Shown here in pieces: positions 45,448 through 54,590 of a DNA stretch of 64,000 bases. Source of the stretch: an uncultured delta proteobacterium (lineage in GTDB: Bacteria > Desulfobacterota > Binatia > DP-6). The stretch spans positions 40,390 through 104,389 of the forward strand of contig CAWKPA010000001.1 of the NCBI GenBank assembly GCA_963851365.1, in the 5' to 3' direction. The notes under the pieces are model-generated. The model did not search any database, was not told where the DNA came from, and saw only the letters and a list, made by a program, of their open reading frames with translations. Position 1 is the stretch's first letter; every line of letters begins with the position of its first letter. A program made the position numbers and the translations under genes.

Positions 45448-48400
45448 CCCGCGGGATACTCCGTGCGGCTCGCGAGCAGCGGGCGCAGGAGGCGCGTGGC
45501 CAGCGGCGCGAAGTCGGGATCCTCGAACGGGTCGACGTCGCGCCAGGCATACGCGAAGTACGGATCATCGCGCTCGGCATTCGTGAAGTCGCCCCCCTCC
45601 CACTCCGCCCGTGCCAGCGTCTGCGCACGGGCCTGCCCGTGGTGCTCCTTGGCACACCAGACCATGGAGGATCGCGGGAAGAAGGGCAGCAGGCGGTGCA
45701 GGCCCTCCTCGTAGACCTGCGCCAGGTCATCGAGCAGGCGGTCCGCGTCGGCCTCGATCGGCCCGAAGACGACGCTCGCCTTCGTGCCGAGCCACCGGCT
45801 GAGCCAGCCGCCGGGGCGCGGCCGCGCGACGTGGAGCAGCACGTGGCGAACCCACAGGCGCAGCTCGTCCGACGCCTTGGCGTCGGTGAGGCGAAACGCG
45901 ACCAGCCCATCCACGGTCACGTCGCGCAGGTCGCCATCGACGCGCAGCCGGCCGCGCACCAGGTGGATGGGCACGGTGCCGAGGGGCTCGTCGCCGACGG
46001 CACGCGCGACGCGCTCCACGAAGTCTTCGACGGTGGCCCGTTCGCGTGCCAGCTCGACCTCGCCCACCCGGCCGAACGGCACCAGCCCGCGGCCGCGGAG
46101 TTCGCGCGCGACCCGCGCCGGGTCGTCCGACGCGCGCCAGTGGCGCAGCAACTCCCCGCGCAACCGGTACGCGCCCAGGGCGTCGAGGCAGAACGGCTCG
46201 CGGTGCTCCACCGGCTGCGCGGCGTCGGCCAGTCGGATGCCGAGGCGCTCGCGGAGCAGATGGGCGGTCGGGTTCACGAAGAAGCCCGCGAGCCGCTCCA
46301 CATCGACGGCGAAGGCCTCGTCCGGCGCGGCTGGAAGACGCCTCGTGACGAGCCGCTGCACGGGGCGCGCCCGGCCGCGCTGTCGCGTCGCCTCGCACAG
46401 GTCTTCGGAATAGCTGACGAGCCCGGGGACGGCCGGGCTCGAGAAGTAGCGCCGGTCGAACGCTTGCAGCGGGTGCACCGTCTCGAGGTGGGGCGCGTCG
46501 AAGCCCCGGCGCACGGCCGCCCGCAGCTCGCTCACGACGATCGACGGTGGCAGCGGCGCGTTGTCGCGCACGCCGCGTCCGACCCAGCTGACGAAGAGCA
46601 CGCGCCGCGCCGAGCACACCGCCTCGAGGAACAGGTAGCGGTCGTCGTCGCGGCGCGAGCGGTCCCCCGGCTCCGGCGGCGCCTGGGTCATGCGGTCGAA
46701 CGACAACGGCTGCCGCGCGCGCGGGAAGCTCCCGTCGTTCATCCCGATCAGGCACACGACGGCGAAGGGGATGCTTCGCATCGGCACCATGGCGCAGAAG
46801 GTGACGCCGCCGGCCAGGAAGCGGCCGCGCGACGCCGGCTTCTCCAGCGTCTGCTGGACCAGCGTGCGCAGCAGCTCGAGCGACACCGGCTGATCGTAGC
46901 CGGCGCGGGCGGCGTCGTCGGCGAGCGCCCGGATCACACGCCGGACCGCATCGGCGGCCTCCGCCTCCGTGTCGTCGGGCGCGAGGAACCGGTCGAGCAC
47001 CTCGTGCAGCGCGACCGCCCAGGCGGCCATCGACCGGGGCGCCGCCAGCGTCCGGTCGAGTCCGGCCGCCGCGTCGACGAACGCCGCCAGGCGGCCCAGC
47101 GCCTGCGCCTCGCTGCCTTCGACCGCGTCGCAGGGCGGGATGTCGCCCCACAGCCGGAGATGGTCGCTCGGCAGCGAGAACCCCAGCAGCAGGCGATCCA
47201 GGCCGAAGCGCCAGGTGTGCTCCGGCACGGCCGGCAGGTCGAGCCGCGCGCGCATGCCGGCGTCGACGCCCCAGCGCACGGCGCTCTCGCGCACCAGGCG
47301 TTGGGCCAGCTGGAGCTCCCCGGCCTCGAAGCCGAAGCGGCGGTGCACGGCCGGCGCGTCGAGCAGCGCGAGCAGGCGGTCCGCCTCGTACCGGCCGCCG
47401 GGCAGCTCGAGCAGCCCGAGGAACGCGGCGACCAGCGGGCTGTCGGCCCGGAGACTCCGATCGGCGACGGTGTAGGGGATGTGCCGACGGTCGCGCGCGC
47501 CGCCGAACACCGCCTCGATGCACGGCGCGTAGGCATCGATGTCGGGCGTCATCACGACGACATCGGCGGGCGTCAGATCCGGGTGCCGCTCGAACAACCA
47601 GAGCAGCTGGTCGTGCAGCACCTCCACCTCCCGCATCGGCGCATGGCATACGTGCAGCTGCAGCGAGCGGTCGTCCGGTGGCACGACCAGGAGGCCGGGC
47701 CGTTCCCGCAGCGTCAGCAGGTCGGTCTGCAGCGCGTGCAACGCCGAATCGTCCCCGGGGGCGAGCCAGCGTTCCTCCTCGCGATCGGGCGTCGCTTCCA
47801 GGAGCAGATCCAGGAAGTCCCGGCCCTGGCGGCCCAGCGACGCGACCAGGGGGTGCCCCGGCTCCGCGGTCTCTTCCGGGCGGACCGTTCGCGGGCGATC
47901 CCAGTACTCGCCGCTCGGGCTCGCGCGGAACACCCAGACGTCCGTGTGCGCCGCCAGACCGCGCAGCGCCTCCAGGTAGGCCGGCGGCATGGTGGGGATC
48001 CCGAAGACCGCCACCCGGGCCGGCAGCAACCCCGCCGGGGGTCCGGCGGTCAGCGCGCGCAGCGCCGCCTCCTGCACCCGGACGCGGTGCGGCTCTGCCG
48101 TGCGGGCGACCAATCGGCGCCAGAGCTCCGCCTGCCATTCCGCATCGGCGCCGGCTTCCCAATCGGTGATCCATCGCGGCCGGTAGACGAGGTACTGGTC
48201 GAACAGGTCGGCGATGCGGGCGGCCAACTCGTGACGACCCCGCTCGTCGGCCTCGCGCAGGTAGTCGTGCACCTCCTGGAACCGGGCGGTGTCCTCCAGC
48301 TGATCGAGGATGGCGCGCAGGTGCCAGACGGCGAGGCGCGGTTCGAACGGCGAGGCGTCGGGCACGCCCGGCACGAGCGCCCGAAAGGTGGTCCAGAGGA

Positions 48401-48599
48401 ATTCCGCCGGCAGGGGAAACCGCAGGTTCGCTGCGATTCCCAGGCTTTGGGCGACCCGGAGGGACAGCCACCGGGCCATGCCGGCGCTCTGCACGACGAC
48501 GATGTCGGGCACGAGCGGCGGCGGCGGATCCGCCGCGAGCAGTTCCATCAGGCGATCGGCCAGGTCCTCCAGCCGGTTGCCGTGGACGGCGGTCAGCAC
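45444..48599 (-). CDS. recC: exodeoxyribonuclease V gamma subunit
   Basis: N-terminal LTAVHGNRLEDLADRLMELL..IVVVQSAGMARWL resembles E. coli RecC. 1051 aa. 4-nt overlap with recB. GTG start. Confidence 0.95.
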   Translation of the reverse strand: MLTAVHGNRLEDLADRLMELLAADPPPPLVPDIVVVQSAGMARWLSLRVAQSLGIAANLRFPLPAEFLWTTFRALVPGVPDASPFEPRLAVWHLRAILDQLEDTARFQEVHDYLREADERGRHELAARIADLFDQYLVYRPRWITDWEAGADAEWQAELWRRLVARTAEPHRVRVQEAALRALTAGPPAGLLPARVAVFGIPTMPPAYLEALRGLAAHTDVWVFRASPSGEYWDRPRTVRPEETAEPGHPLVASLGRQGRDFLDLLLEATPDREEERWLAPGDDSALHALQTDLLTLRERPGLLVVPPDDRSLQLHVCHAPMREVEVLHDQLLWLFERHPDLTPADVVVMTPDIDAYAPCIEAVFGGARDRRHIPYTVADRSLRADSPLVAAFLGLLELPGGRYEADRLLALLDAPAVHRRFGFEAGELQLAQRLVRESAVRWGVDAGMRARLDLPAVPEHTWRFGLDRLLLGFSLPSDHLRLWGDIPPCDAVEGSEAQALGRLAAFVDAAAGLDRTLAAPRSMAAWAVALHEVLDRFLAPDDTEAEAADAVRRVIRALADDAARAGYDQPVSLELLRTLVQQTLEKPASRGRFLAGGVTFCAMVPMRSIPFAVVCLIGMNDGSFPRARQPLSFDRMTQAPPEPGDRSRRDDDRYLFLEAVCSARRVLFVSWVGRGVRDNAPLPPSIVVSELRAAVRRGFDAPHLETVHPLQAFDRRYFSSPAVPGLVSYSEDLCEATRQRGRARPVQRLVTRRLPAAPDEAFAVDVERLAGFFVNPTAHLLRERLGIRLADAAQPVEHREPFCLDALGAYRLRGELLRHWRASDDPARVARELRGRGLVPFGRVGEVELARERATVEDFVERVARAVGDEPLGTVPIHLVRGRLRVDGDLRDVTVDGLVAFRLTDAKASDELRLWVRHVLLHVARPRPGGWLSRWLGTKASVVFGPIEADADRLLDDLAQVYEEGLHRLLPFFPRSSMVWCAKEHHGQARAQTLARAEWEGGDFTNAERDDPYFAYAWRDVDPFEDPDFAPLATRLLRPLLASRTEYPAG

Positions 48600-48678
48600 C
48601 GGTCAGCGGGCCGGCGACCCAATCGGGGCGCCGGCCTCGTCCTCATGAGCAGCTGGGTTAGAGAAGGAGGAGCGAGTC

Positions 48679-48873
48679 ATGAAGGCACAGACGACGTTGC
48701 TGGAGCTGCTGTCGGTCGTGAACGACGTGGCGAAGACGGAAGACGAGGCGATCGCGACGATCGTCCACCTGGTGAACTCGGGCACGGTCCGGCTCGGCGG
48801 GACGTTCCGCGGCGCGCGGATCGATCTGGCCGCCCCGAGGACGGCGCCGGCGCACGCGGCGCACGTCGCCTGA
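48679..48873 (+). CDS. small hypothetical protein (64 aa)
   Basis: ATG preceded by GAAGGAGGAG at optimal spacing. Divergent from recC with a 79-nt gap. Helical-looking N-terminal half. Confidence 0.55.
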   Translation: MKAQTTLLELLSVVNDVAKTEDEAIATIVHLVNSGTVRLGGTFRGARIDLAAPRTAPAHAAHVA

Positions 48874-48886
48874 GCCCGGCCGCCGG

Positions 48887-49204
48887 TCAATAGTGCTCGT
48901 CCGCGTCGCTCGAGGCCGTCCCCGCGCCGCCCGATGACTTCGGCGGCACGGTCGACGGCGTCGACCGTGGCCGGGACCGCAGCGGCGCGTCGTCGTCGCC
49001 GTCGGCCGGACCGTCCGATTCGTCGTCGAGCGGATCGCCGAGCTCGGCGCCGGGGTGATCGGCTTCGCTCTCCGCGGCTTCGTCGATCGCGCGCAGCTGC
49101 TTCGCCTGCGATCCGGCGGCGCGCTCCTCGTCGTCGTCGTCGTCCGCCGCCTGCGCCGGCAACGCGAGCAGCATCCCCAGCAGCAGCCACGACAAGAGGC
49201 GCAT
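48887..49204 (-). CDS. small secreted, highly acidic low-complexity protein
   Basis: Signal peptide MRLLSWLLLGMLLALPAQA followed by ADDDDDEE and Asp/Glu-rich sequence. ATG 49204. Confidence 0.5.
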   Translation of the reverse strand: MRLLSWLLLGMLLALPAQAADDDDDEERAAGSQAKQLRAIDEAAESEADHPGAELGDPLDDESDGPADGDDDAPLRSRPRSTPSTVPPKSSGGAGTASSDADEHY

Positions 49205-49287
49205 GCCATCCCCGTAGCAGCCGCCTGGCTCGCTGTCCACGTGGCCAGCGCCTTTCCGGAGCGTCCCCCGCGTGCTACGCCCCCGGC

Positions 49288-50223
49288 ATGCCGATGCATC
49301 ACCAGCGGGAACGTGGCAACGCCGCGCTCCTCGTCGTCGCCCTGCTGCTCGTACTCGGGCTCGCCGTGCCACTCGGGCTCCACTTCACGCAGAAGGCGCA
49401 CAACGACCTGCCGATCGCGGTAATGGCCGACTACCCGCCGGACCGGCCCTCCGCGCGCGGCGAGGCCTACGCCTCCACGCTGGCGGCGATCATGGAGCAC
49501 GAACTCCGCAGCGGGACCGGTTGGCGCCCGAACGACTTCGTGCTGTGGGGCCCCACGGTGCTCGCGGACAACAACGCCAACCGGCAGCTCGGCATCCTCC
49601 TCGGCGTGCGCGAGAGCACGCGGGTGCTGAAGGACCACCTCACCAAGGTGTCGTCCACGGAGTATGACCCCAATCTGGTGGAGGCCGACACCGCGTTTCG
49701 CAACGACGCCTTCAAGTTCTGGCTGCCCTCGGCGGAGAGCAAGTACCGCGACGGGGTCGCCTCGCTCCGCCGGTACGTCGACGGGCTGAAGACCACGCCG
49801 CCGCGCTCCAAACCGCTCGAGGGCCGCAACGTCGAGTTGATCCGCCTGATGCAGACCTGGGGCGACCTCCTCGGCGACACGCACGCCAACCTCTTCAAGA
49901 CCACCGAGGCCGACGGCACGCCGGTCAAGCCCTGGCGCAACGACGACTATCTCTACCATGCCCAAGGCGTCGCCCACGTGCTCCACCATCTGACCGAGGC
50001 GTTGCGCGTGGAGTACCGCGAGGACGTCGCCCGGCGTCCCACCGTGGAACGGCTGCTCGAGGAGGTGAGCGCATCGCTGGGCAAAGCCGCGACCATGAAG
50101 CCGGTGATCGTGCTCGACGGCGGCAACACCAGCGTCTTCGCCAACCACCGCCGCAACCTGGACGCCTACATCGTCGACGCCCGGCAAAAGCTCTACTCGA
50201 TCCGCGAGGAGCTCGAGAAATAG
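49288..50223 (+). CDS. DUF2333-family membrane-anchored protein
   Basis: N-terminal TM helix ALLVVALLLVLGLAV, then GWRPNDFVLWGPTVLADNNANRQLGIL..., as I recall for DUF2333. The upstream Arg-rich extension in the track ORF was rejected. Confidence 0.7.
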   Translation: MPMHHQRERGNAALLVVALLLVLGLAVPLGLHFTQKAHNDLPIAVMADYPPDRPSARGEAYASTLAAIMEHELRSGTGWRPNDFVLWGPTVLADNNANRQLGILLGVRESTRVLKDHLTKVSSTEYDPNLVEADTAFRNDAFKFWLPSAESKYRDGVASLRRYVDGLKTTPPRSKPLEGRNVELIRLMQTWGDLLGDTHANLFKTTEADGTPVKPWRNDDYLYHAQGVAHVLHHLTEALRVEYREDVARRPTVERLLEEVSASLGKAATMKPVIVLDGGNTSVFANHRRNLDAYIVDARQKLYSIREELEK

Positions 50224-50235
50224 CGCGCCGCGGGG

Positions 50236-50535
50236 TCAGGCCGTCAGCTCGTCATAGGCGCGCTGCAACTCGACCGTCTTGCTGTGCGCCACCTGCTGCA
50301 GCTCGGGACCCAGGTCGGCCACCCGATCGGGGTGGTAGCGCTTCAGCTGCTCGCGGTATGCCCGCGTGATCTCGTCGCGGCTGGCCCCGGGGCCGATGCC
50401 GAGCACCGCATGCGGGTCCCATCCACGCGGCGGTCGGTTCGCCGGCCGGGGGACGGACGGCGGGCGATCGATCAGGGCTCGCACCAGCCGCAGCACCACC
50501 ACGGCGAGCACGACGAGGAGCAGGACACGCGTCAC
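50236..50535 (-). CDS. membrane-anchored J-domain protein
   Basis: N-terminal TM helix, then DPHAVLGIGPGASRDEITRAYREQLKRYHPDR (the HPD motif). Start overlaps the hflC stop by 4 nt. Confidence 0.8.
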   Translation of the reverse strand: MTRVLLLVVLAVVVLRLVRALIDRPPSVPRPANRPPRGWDPHAVLGIGPGASRDEITRAYREQLKRYHPDRVADLGPELQQVAHSKTVELQRAYDELTA

Positions 50536-51413
50536 GGCGTGCTGCCGGGGGCGACGCTCTGGTCGAGGTAACGCAGGAACTCGCTGCGCGGTGACAGGAT
50601 CAGTGTGGTACCCTGCGCCAGCGCCGTGCGGTACGCGTCCAGCGAGCGCTGGAACGCGTAGAACTCCGGATCGCGGCCGTACGCCTCGGCGAAGATGCCC
50701 GCCGCCTGCGCGTCGCCCTCGCCACGGGTGATCTGCGACGTCTGCTGGGCGTCCGCCATCAGGATGCGCACGGCCTTGTCCGACTCGGAGCGGATCTTGC
50801 GCGCCTCCTCGTCACCCTCCGCGCGAAACAGCTTCGCCTGCCGCTCGCGCTCGGTGCGCATGCGGCCGAAGACCGTCTGTTCGTTCTTCTCGGGCAGGTC
50901 CGCACGCTTTATCCGCACGTCCACCACTTCGATCCCGTAGACCTTGGCCTTCTCGGCGCTGCGCCGCGTGACCTCGGCCATCAAGTCGCCGCGCTTGTCG
51001 CTCACGATGTCGCGCAGCGTGTGACGCCCGAGGGTCTCGCGCAGGTCCGAATACACGATGTCGTCGAGCCGGGACTGTGCGCCGTTCTCGTTGCGGACGG
51101 TGCGATAGAACTGCAGCGGGTCGATGATCCGCCAGCGCGTGTAGTTGTCGACCACCAGCTGCTGCTTGTCGATGGTGAGGATCTCCTTCGGAGACGCGTC
51201 GTAATCGAGCAGGCGCCGGTCGAAGTACGTCACCTGCTCCAGGAAGGGCAGCTTCCAGTAGAGGCCGGGCTCCCGCACCACGCGGACGGGGTCGCCCAGC
51301 CTGACCACCATGGCCTGCATCCACTGCGGCACCGTGAAGAAGGCGAGACTCGAGCCGACGACGAGCAACGCGAGGACACCGAGCACCCCGAGCAGACGGC
51401 GGTCCATGGTCAA
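50532..51413 (-). CDS. hflC: FtsH protease modulator HflC (SPFH/band-7)
   Basis: N-terminal TM helix. VVRLGDPVRVVREPGLYWKLPFLEQV, YGIEVVDVRIKRADLP. 4-nt overlap with hflK. Confidence 0.9.
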   Translation of the reverse strand: MTMDRRLLGVLGVLALLVVGSSLAFFTVPQWMQAMVVRLGDPVRVVREPGLYWKLPFLEQVTYFDRRLLDYDASPKEILTIDKQQLVVDNYTRWRIIDPLQFYRTVRNENGAQSRLDDIVYSDLRETLGRHTLRDIVSDKRGDLMAEVTRRSAEKAKVYGIEVVDVRIKRADLPEKNEQTVFGRMRTERERQAKLFRAEGDEEARKIRSESDKAVRILMADAQQTSQITRGEGDAQAAGIFAEAYGRDPEFYAFQRSLDAYRTALAQGTTLILSPRSEFLRYLDQSVAPGSTP

Positions 51414-52510
51414 CGCCCCGCGCCCCCGGCCTGGGGCTCGGACTTGGGCAGGTCGCGCCGCGGGAGGAACGGCTCGAGCGGGAGATACGGCACCGCCTGT
51501 TTGCCGGAGATGTCATCCATGACGATCTTGTTGGCGTTCGGGAGAATGTTCTCCATCGTCTCGAGGTAGAGCCGCGTGCGCGTGACGTCCTTCGCCTTGG
51601 CGTACTCCTCCTGCAGCGCGACGAACCGCTTCGCCACGCCGGTGGCCTCGCGGACCCTGGCCTCGCGGTAGCCCTCGGCCTCGAACACCATCTGCGCCGC
51701 CTGGCCGCGCGCCCGCGGCACGACGTCGTTGGCATACCCCCGGGCCTCGTTGATCAAACGCTCGCGGTCCTGTTGCGCGCTGATGACGTCCTTGAATGCG
51801 TCGGACACCTGGTCCGGCGGATCGACGTCCTGCAGCTTCAGCGTCACCACCTCGATGCCCGAGCCGTAGCGGTCGAGGATCTCCTGCAGGACCCGCTGCG
51901 CCTCCACTTGCACCGCCTCCTTGCCCTCGGTGAGCACCTCGTCGATCTTCGTACGCCCGACCACCTCGCGCATGGCGGCCTCGGACGCCGCGCGCACCGT
52001 GCCGTCCGCATCCCGGATGTTGAACAGAAATTCCCTGGTGCCGGTGGCGTCGGCGCGGACCTTGTACTGCACGATGAACTCGAGCTTCACGATGTTCTCG
52101 TCGCCGGTCAGCATGAGCGCCTCCGCGTCGACGTCCTGGTAGCGAGCGGGCGGGCCGACGTCGACGGTGCGAAAGCCGAGTTCCTCCTTGCGGATGGCGG
52201 TCACGCTCGGGGTGAGGACGCGCTCGATCGGCCATGGGAGGTGGTAGCCCGGGCCCGGATCGGTTTCGCGGACGAGCTTGCCGAAGCGGAGGACCACGCC
52301 GCGCTCGTCCGGCCCCACGATGTAGATGCCCGACAGCAGCCAGGCCACCAGACCGGCGCCGACGAGCCACCACGGGCTGAACCGCGGCCGGCCTGCTCCG
52401 CCGCCGGATTCCGCCATGCGCTCGCGCAGGCGCTCGGAGAGGTCGAACACTTGACTGAGGGGGTCGGATGACGGCCGGCGTGGCCTTTCGCCATCCCAAC
52501 GATCGGGCAT
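51410..52510 (-). CDS. hflK: FtsH protease modulator HflK (SPFH/band-7)
   Basis: GIYIVGPDERGVVLRFGKL..PGYHLPWPIERV, GIEVVTLKLQDVDPP. ATG 52510; the track ORF extends further upstream. Confidence 0.9.
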   Translation of the reverse strand: MPDRWDGERPRRPSSDPLSQVFDLSERLRERMAESGGGAGRPRFSPWWLVGAGLVAWLLSGIYIVGPDERGVVLRFGKLVRETDPGPGYHLPWPIERVLTPSVTAIRKEELGFRTVDVGPPARYQDVDAEALMLTGDENIVKLEFIVQYKVRADATGTREFLFNIRDADGTVRAASEAAMREVVGRTKIDEVLTEGKEAVQVEAQRVLQEILDRYGSGIEVVTLKLQDVDPPDQVSDAFKDVISAQQDRERLINEARGYANDVVPRARGQAAQMVFEAEGYREARVREATGVAKRFVALQEEYAKAKDVTRTRLYLETMENILPNANKIVMDDISGKQAVPYLPLEPFLPRRDLPKSEPQAGGAGR

Positions 52511-52604
52511 GCTTCGAGGCCTACGGCCGACGCCCCGTGAGGTCAAGCGCGCCCCACCCGCGCACAACTTGCGACGCCCCGCCGCGACGCCCAGAATATG
52601 AGGT

Positions 52605-53135
52605 ATGGAGCGAATCGAGTTGTCGCGCGACGTGCAAGCGGTACAGATTCCGGCCGGCCACTCGGTGCTGCTCGAACGCGGCACCGAGGCCTACATCACG
52701 CAGTCGCTGGGCGGTTCCTACACCCTGCAGGTGCCGGAGTACGGCGGACTCTTCCGGATCGCCGGCCGCGACGGCGACGCCATCGGCAAGGAGGCGATCG
52801 AGGAGACGGTCGCCGTCGAGGGCACCAATCTGGAGGATCAGGTCTGGGCGGCGCTCAAGACCTGTTACGACCCGGAAATCCCGGTGAACATCGTCGACCT
52901 CGGACTGGTCTACTCGATGGAGATCACGCCGGGGGAAGGCGGCAGCACGGTGGACGTCAAGATGACGCTCACCGCGCCCGGGTGCGGGATGGGCGCGTCG
53001 ATCGCGTCCGACGCGCGTTACAAGCTGGTCGCGCTCCCCGGCGTGGCCGACGCCACCGTCGACCTGGTGTGGGACCCGCCGTGGAACCCGCAGATGATCT
53101 CGCCCGAGGGCAAAGAACGGCTCGGGATGGCCTGA
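52605..53135 (+). CDS. sufT: SufT-like Fe-S cluster assembly protein (N-domain + DUF59/MIP18)
   Basis: AYITQSLGGSYTLQV..GLFRIAGRDGDAIGKE followed by CYDPEIPVNIVDLGLVY..TLTAPGCGMG. Confidence 0.8.
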   Translation: MERIELSRDVQAVQIPAGHSVLLERGTEAYITQSLGGSYTLQVPEYGGLFRIAGRDGDAIGKEAIEETVAVEGTNLEDQVWAALKTCYDPEIPVNIVDLGLVYSMEITPGEGGSTVDVKMTLTAPGCGMGASIASDARYKLVALPGVADATVDLVWDPPWNPQMISPEGKERLGMA

Positions 53136-53137
53136 CC

Positions 53138-54511
53138 TCAGGCGCCGTCCGGCGCGACTGCCGTCGCCGCGCCGTTCCCACCGCCGCGCCGCCCCCGCCG
53201 CCGCCGTCCGCCACGCCGGCGCCGGCGCCGGGCCGGTGCCTCCCCGGCTTCGCCCGCCTCGACGTCCTCACTGGTGGCCGCCTCGCCGACGTCGTCGCCC
53301 GGCTCGATCTCGATCGCGTCGATCTCCTGCGCGGGCTCGTCGTCCGCGGAAGGCACGCCGGGCGGCTCGATGGACGCCGCGGCCGCGGGCACCACCGCGG
53401 CCGATGCCGGCGGCTCGTGGGTCCCCTGTTGGCTCGCGGGCGTGGTGAGCTCGCCCTCGGTGACCAGGCGGATCGTCCCGTTGCGGGAGACCTGCAGCTC
53501 GCGGATGCGGCGCAGGCGGGTGACCAGGCGCGGCGAGCCCGGCGGCCTGCTGAAGCCCCGCTCCCGCAGGGCGTTCGCGAGCGCATCCAGGCTGACGCCG
53601 CCCGCCGAGGTGCCGACGAGATCCCGCACCACGCCGACGATCTCGTCGTGCGGCGCCGTGTGCGGCTCCGCGTCGCCGGCAGGCGCGACGGGGGGTGCCG
53701 GCGCGCGCACGGGTGCCGGAACCGCCACGGCCTCGGGCCGGCGATCGCTGCGACGCCGGCCGCCGCGGCGCGAGCGCCGCGACCGGCCGTCGCTCGCCGG
53801 CGGCGCCTGGCGCTCCGCTGGCGCGGCCGTCCCCTGCAGCGCCCGGTAGGAGGTGCGCCGGAAGGTGACGCCCAGACTCGCGGCGACGTCACCCACGGCG
53901 TCGAACGCCTGGTCGTCGGAGACGATCTCGATGACGTCGCCCGGCCGGGCGCCCGCGAGCCAGACACCGGCCGACACGGCGATGCGGAGATCGCTCCAGT
54001 CGCGCACGCCGACCGACGGCGCGCTGTGCACGAGCGCGGCGCCGTGGTGCGCCAGCAGGCGCGCCGTGTCGTGGCCGATCACGCGCCAGTTGCCGACCGC
54101 CGTGAACTCCGTGCTCCAGCCCTGCCAGTCGAGGGAGAGGTGGCCGATCACACGCGAGATGTCGGCGGCGCGGCTGGTGTTCTCGACGTCGAAAAAGATG
54201 CCACGTCGCTGCGCCGGACGCGGCGGCGGCGGCTCCGCCGGCAGGAGGCGGGCGGCGAACCCGGGCTCGGGCACACCCGTGACGATCACGACGTCGGTCG
54301 CGGGCGGCGGCGCCGCCGCGGTCTCGTCGACGCGCGCGGCCTCGGCGGGCTCGACCGCGGCGGCGACGGGGGCCTCGGGGTCGGCCGGCGCGGCCTTCCG
54401 GGTCCGGCGGCGCGGGGTCGCGGTCTTGGCTGTAGTGGTGGTTCGACGGGTTTTCTTCGCAGGCGCCGCGGTCTTCCGCGGGCGTTTCACTGTGGTCACC
54501 CGCCAGGGCAT
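53138..54511 (-). CDS. NYN (LabA-like) domain protein with OST-HTH/LOTUS-like domain and Arg-rich termini
   Basis: GIFFDVENTS..GNWRVIG..IEIVSDDQAFDAVGD (NYN pattern). VVRDLVGTSAGGVSLDALANALRERGF (LOTUS-like). N-terminal K/R/T-rich segment. C-terminal RRRRRRGGRRRRGRRGGG. Confidence 0.7.
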   Translation of the reverse strand: MPWRVTTVKRPRKTAAPAKKTRRTTTTAKTATPRRRTRKAAPADPEAPVAAAVEPAEAARVDETAAAPPPATDVVIVTGVPEPGFAARLLPAEPPPPRPAQRRGIFFDVENTSRAADISRVIGHLSLDWQGWSTEFTAVGNWRVIGHDTARLLAHHGAALVHSAPSVGVRDWSDLRIAVSAGVWLAGARPGDVIEIVSDDQAFDAVGDVAASLGVTFRRTSYRALQGTAAPAERQAPPASDGRSRRSRRGGRRRSDRRPEAVAVPAPVRAPAPPVAPAGDAEPHTAPHDEIVGVVRDLVGTSAGGVSLDALANALRERGFSRPPGSPRLVTRLRRIRELQVSRNGTIRLVTEGELTTPASQQGTHEPPASAAVVPAAAASIEPPGVPSADDEPAQEIDAIEIEPGDDVGEAATSEDVEAGEAGEAPARRRRRRGGRRRRGRRGGGNGAATAVAPDGA

Positions 54512-54590
54512 ATCATGGTCCTGCGGGGAGTTCAGCTCGCTGGGGGGGCCGATTGACTCGCGGCAGGGCGGCTGGGATGGCCGTCCCTCC

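Noticed and set aside
48934-49287. N-terminal 118-aa extension of the DUF2333 ORF, and similar Arg-rich extensions of ORFs 53853..55061, 51410..52684, 24074..25291 and 28347..29504
   Set aside because: The extensions are Arg/Pro/Ala low-complexity and overlap other genes or promoter regions. Internal starts directly precede the recognisable N-terminal helices or domains.
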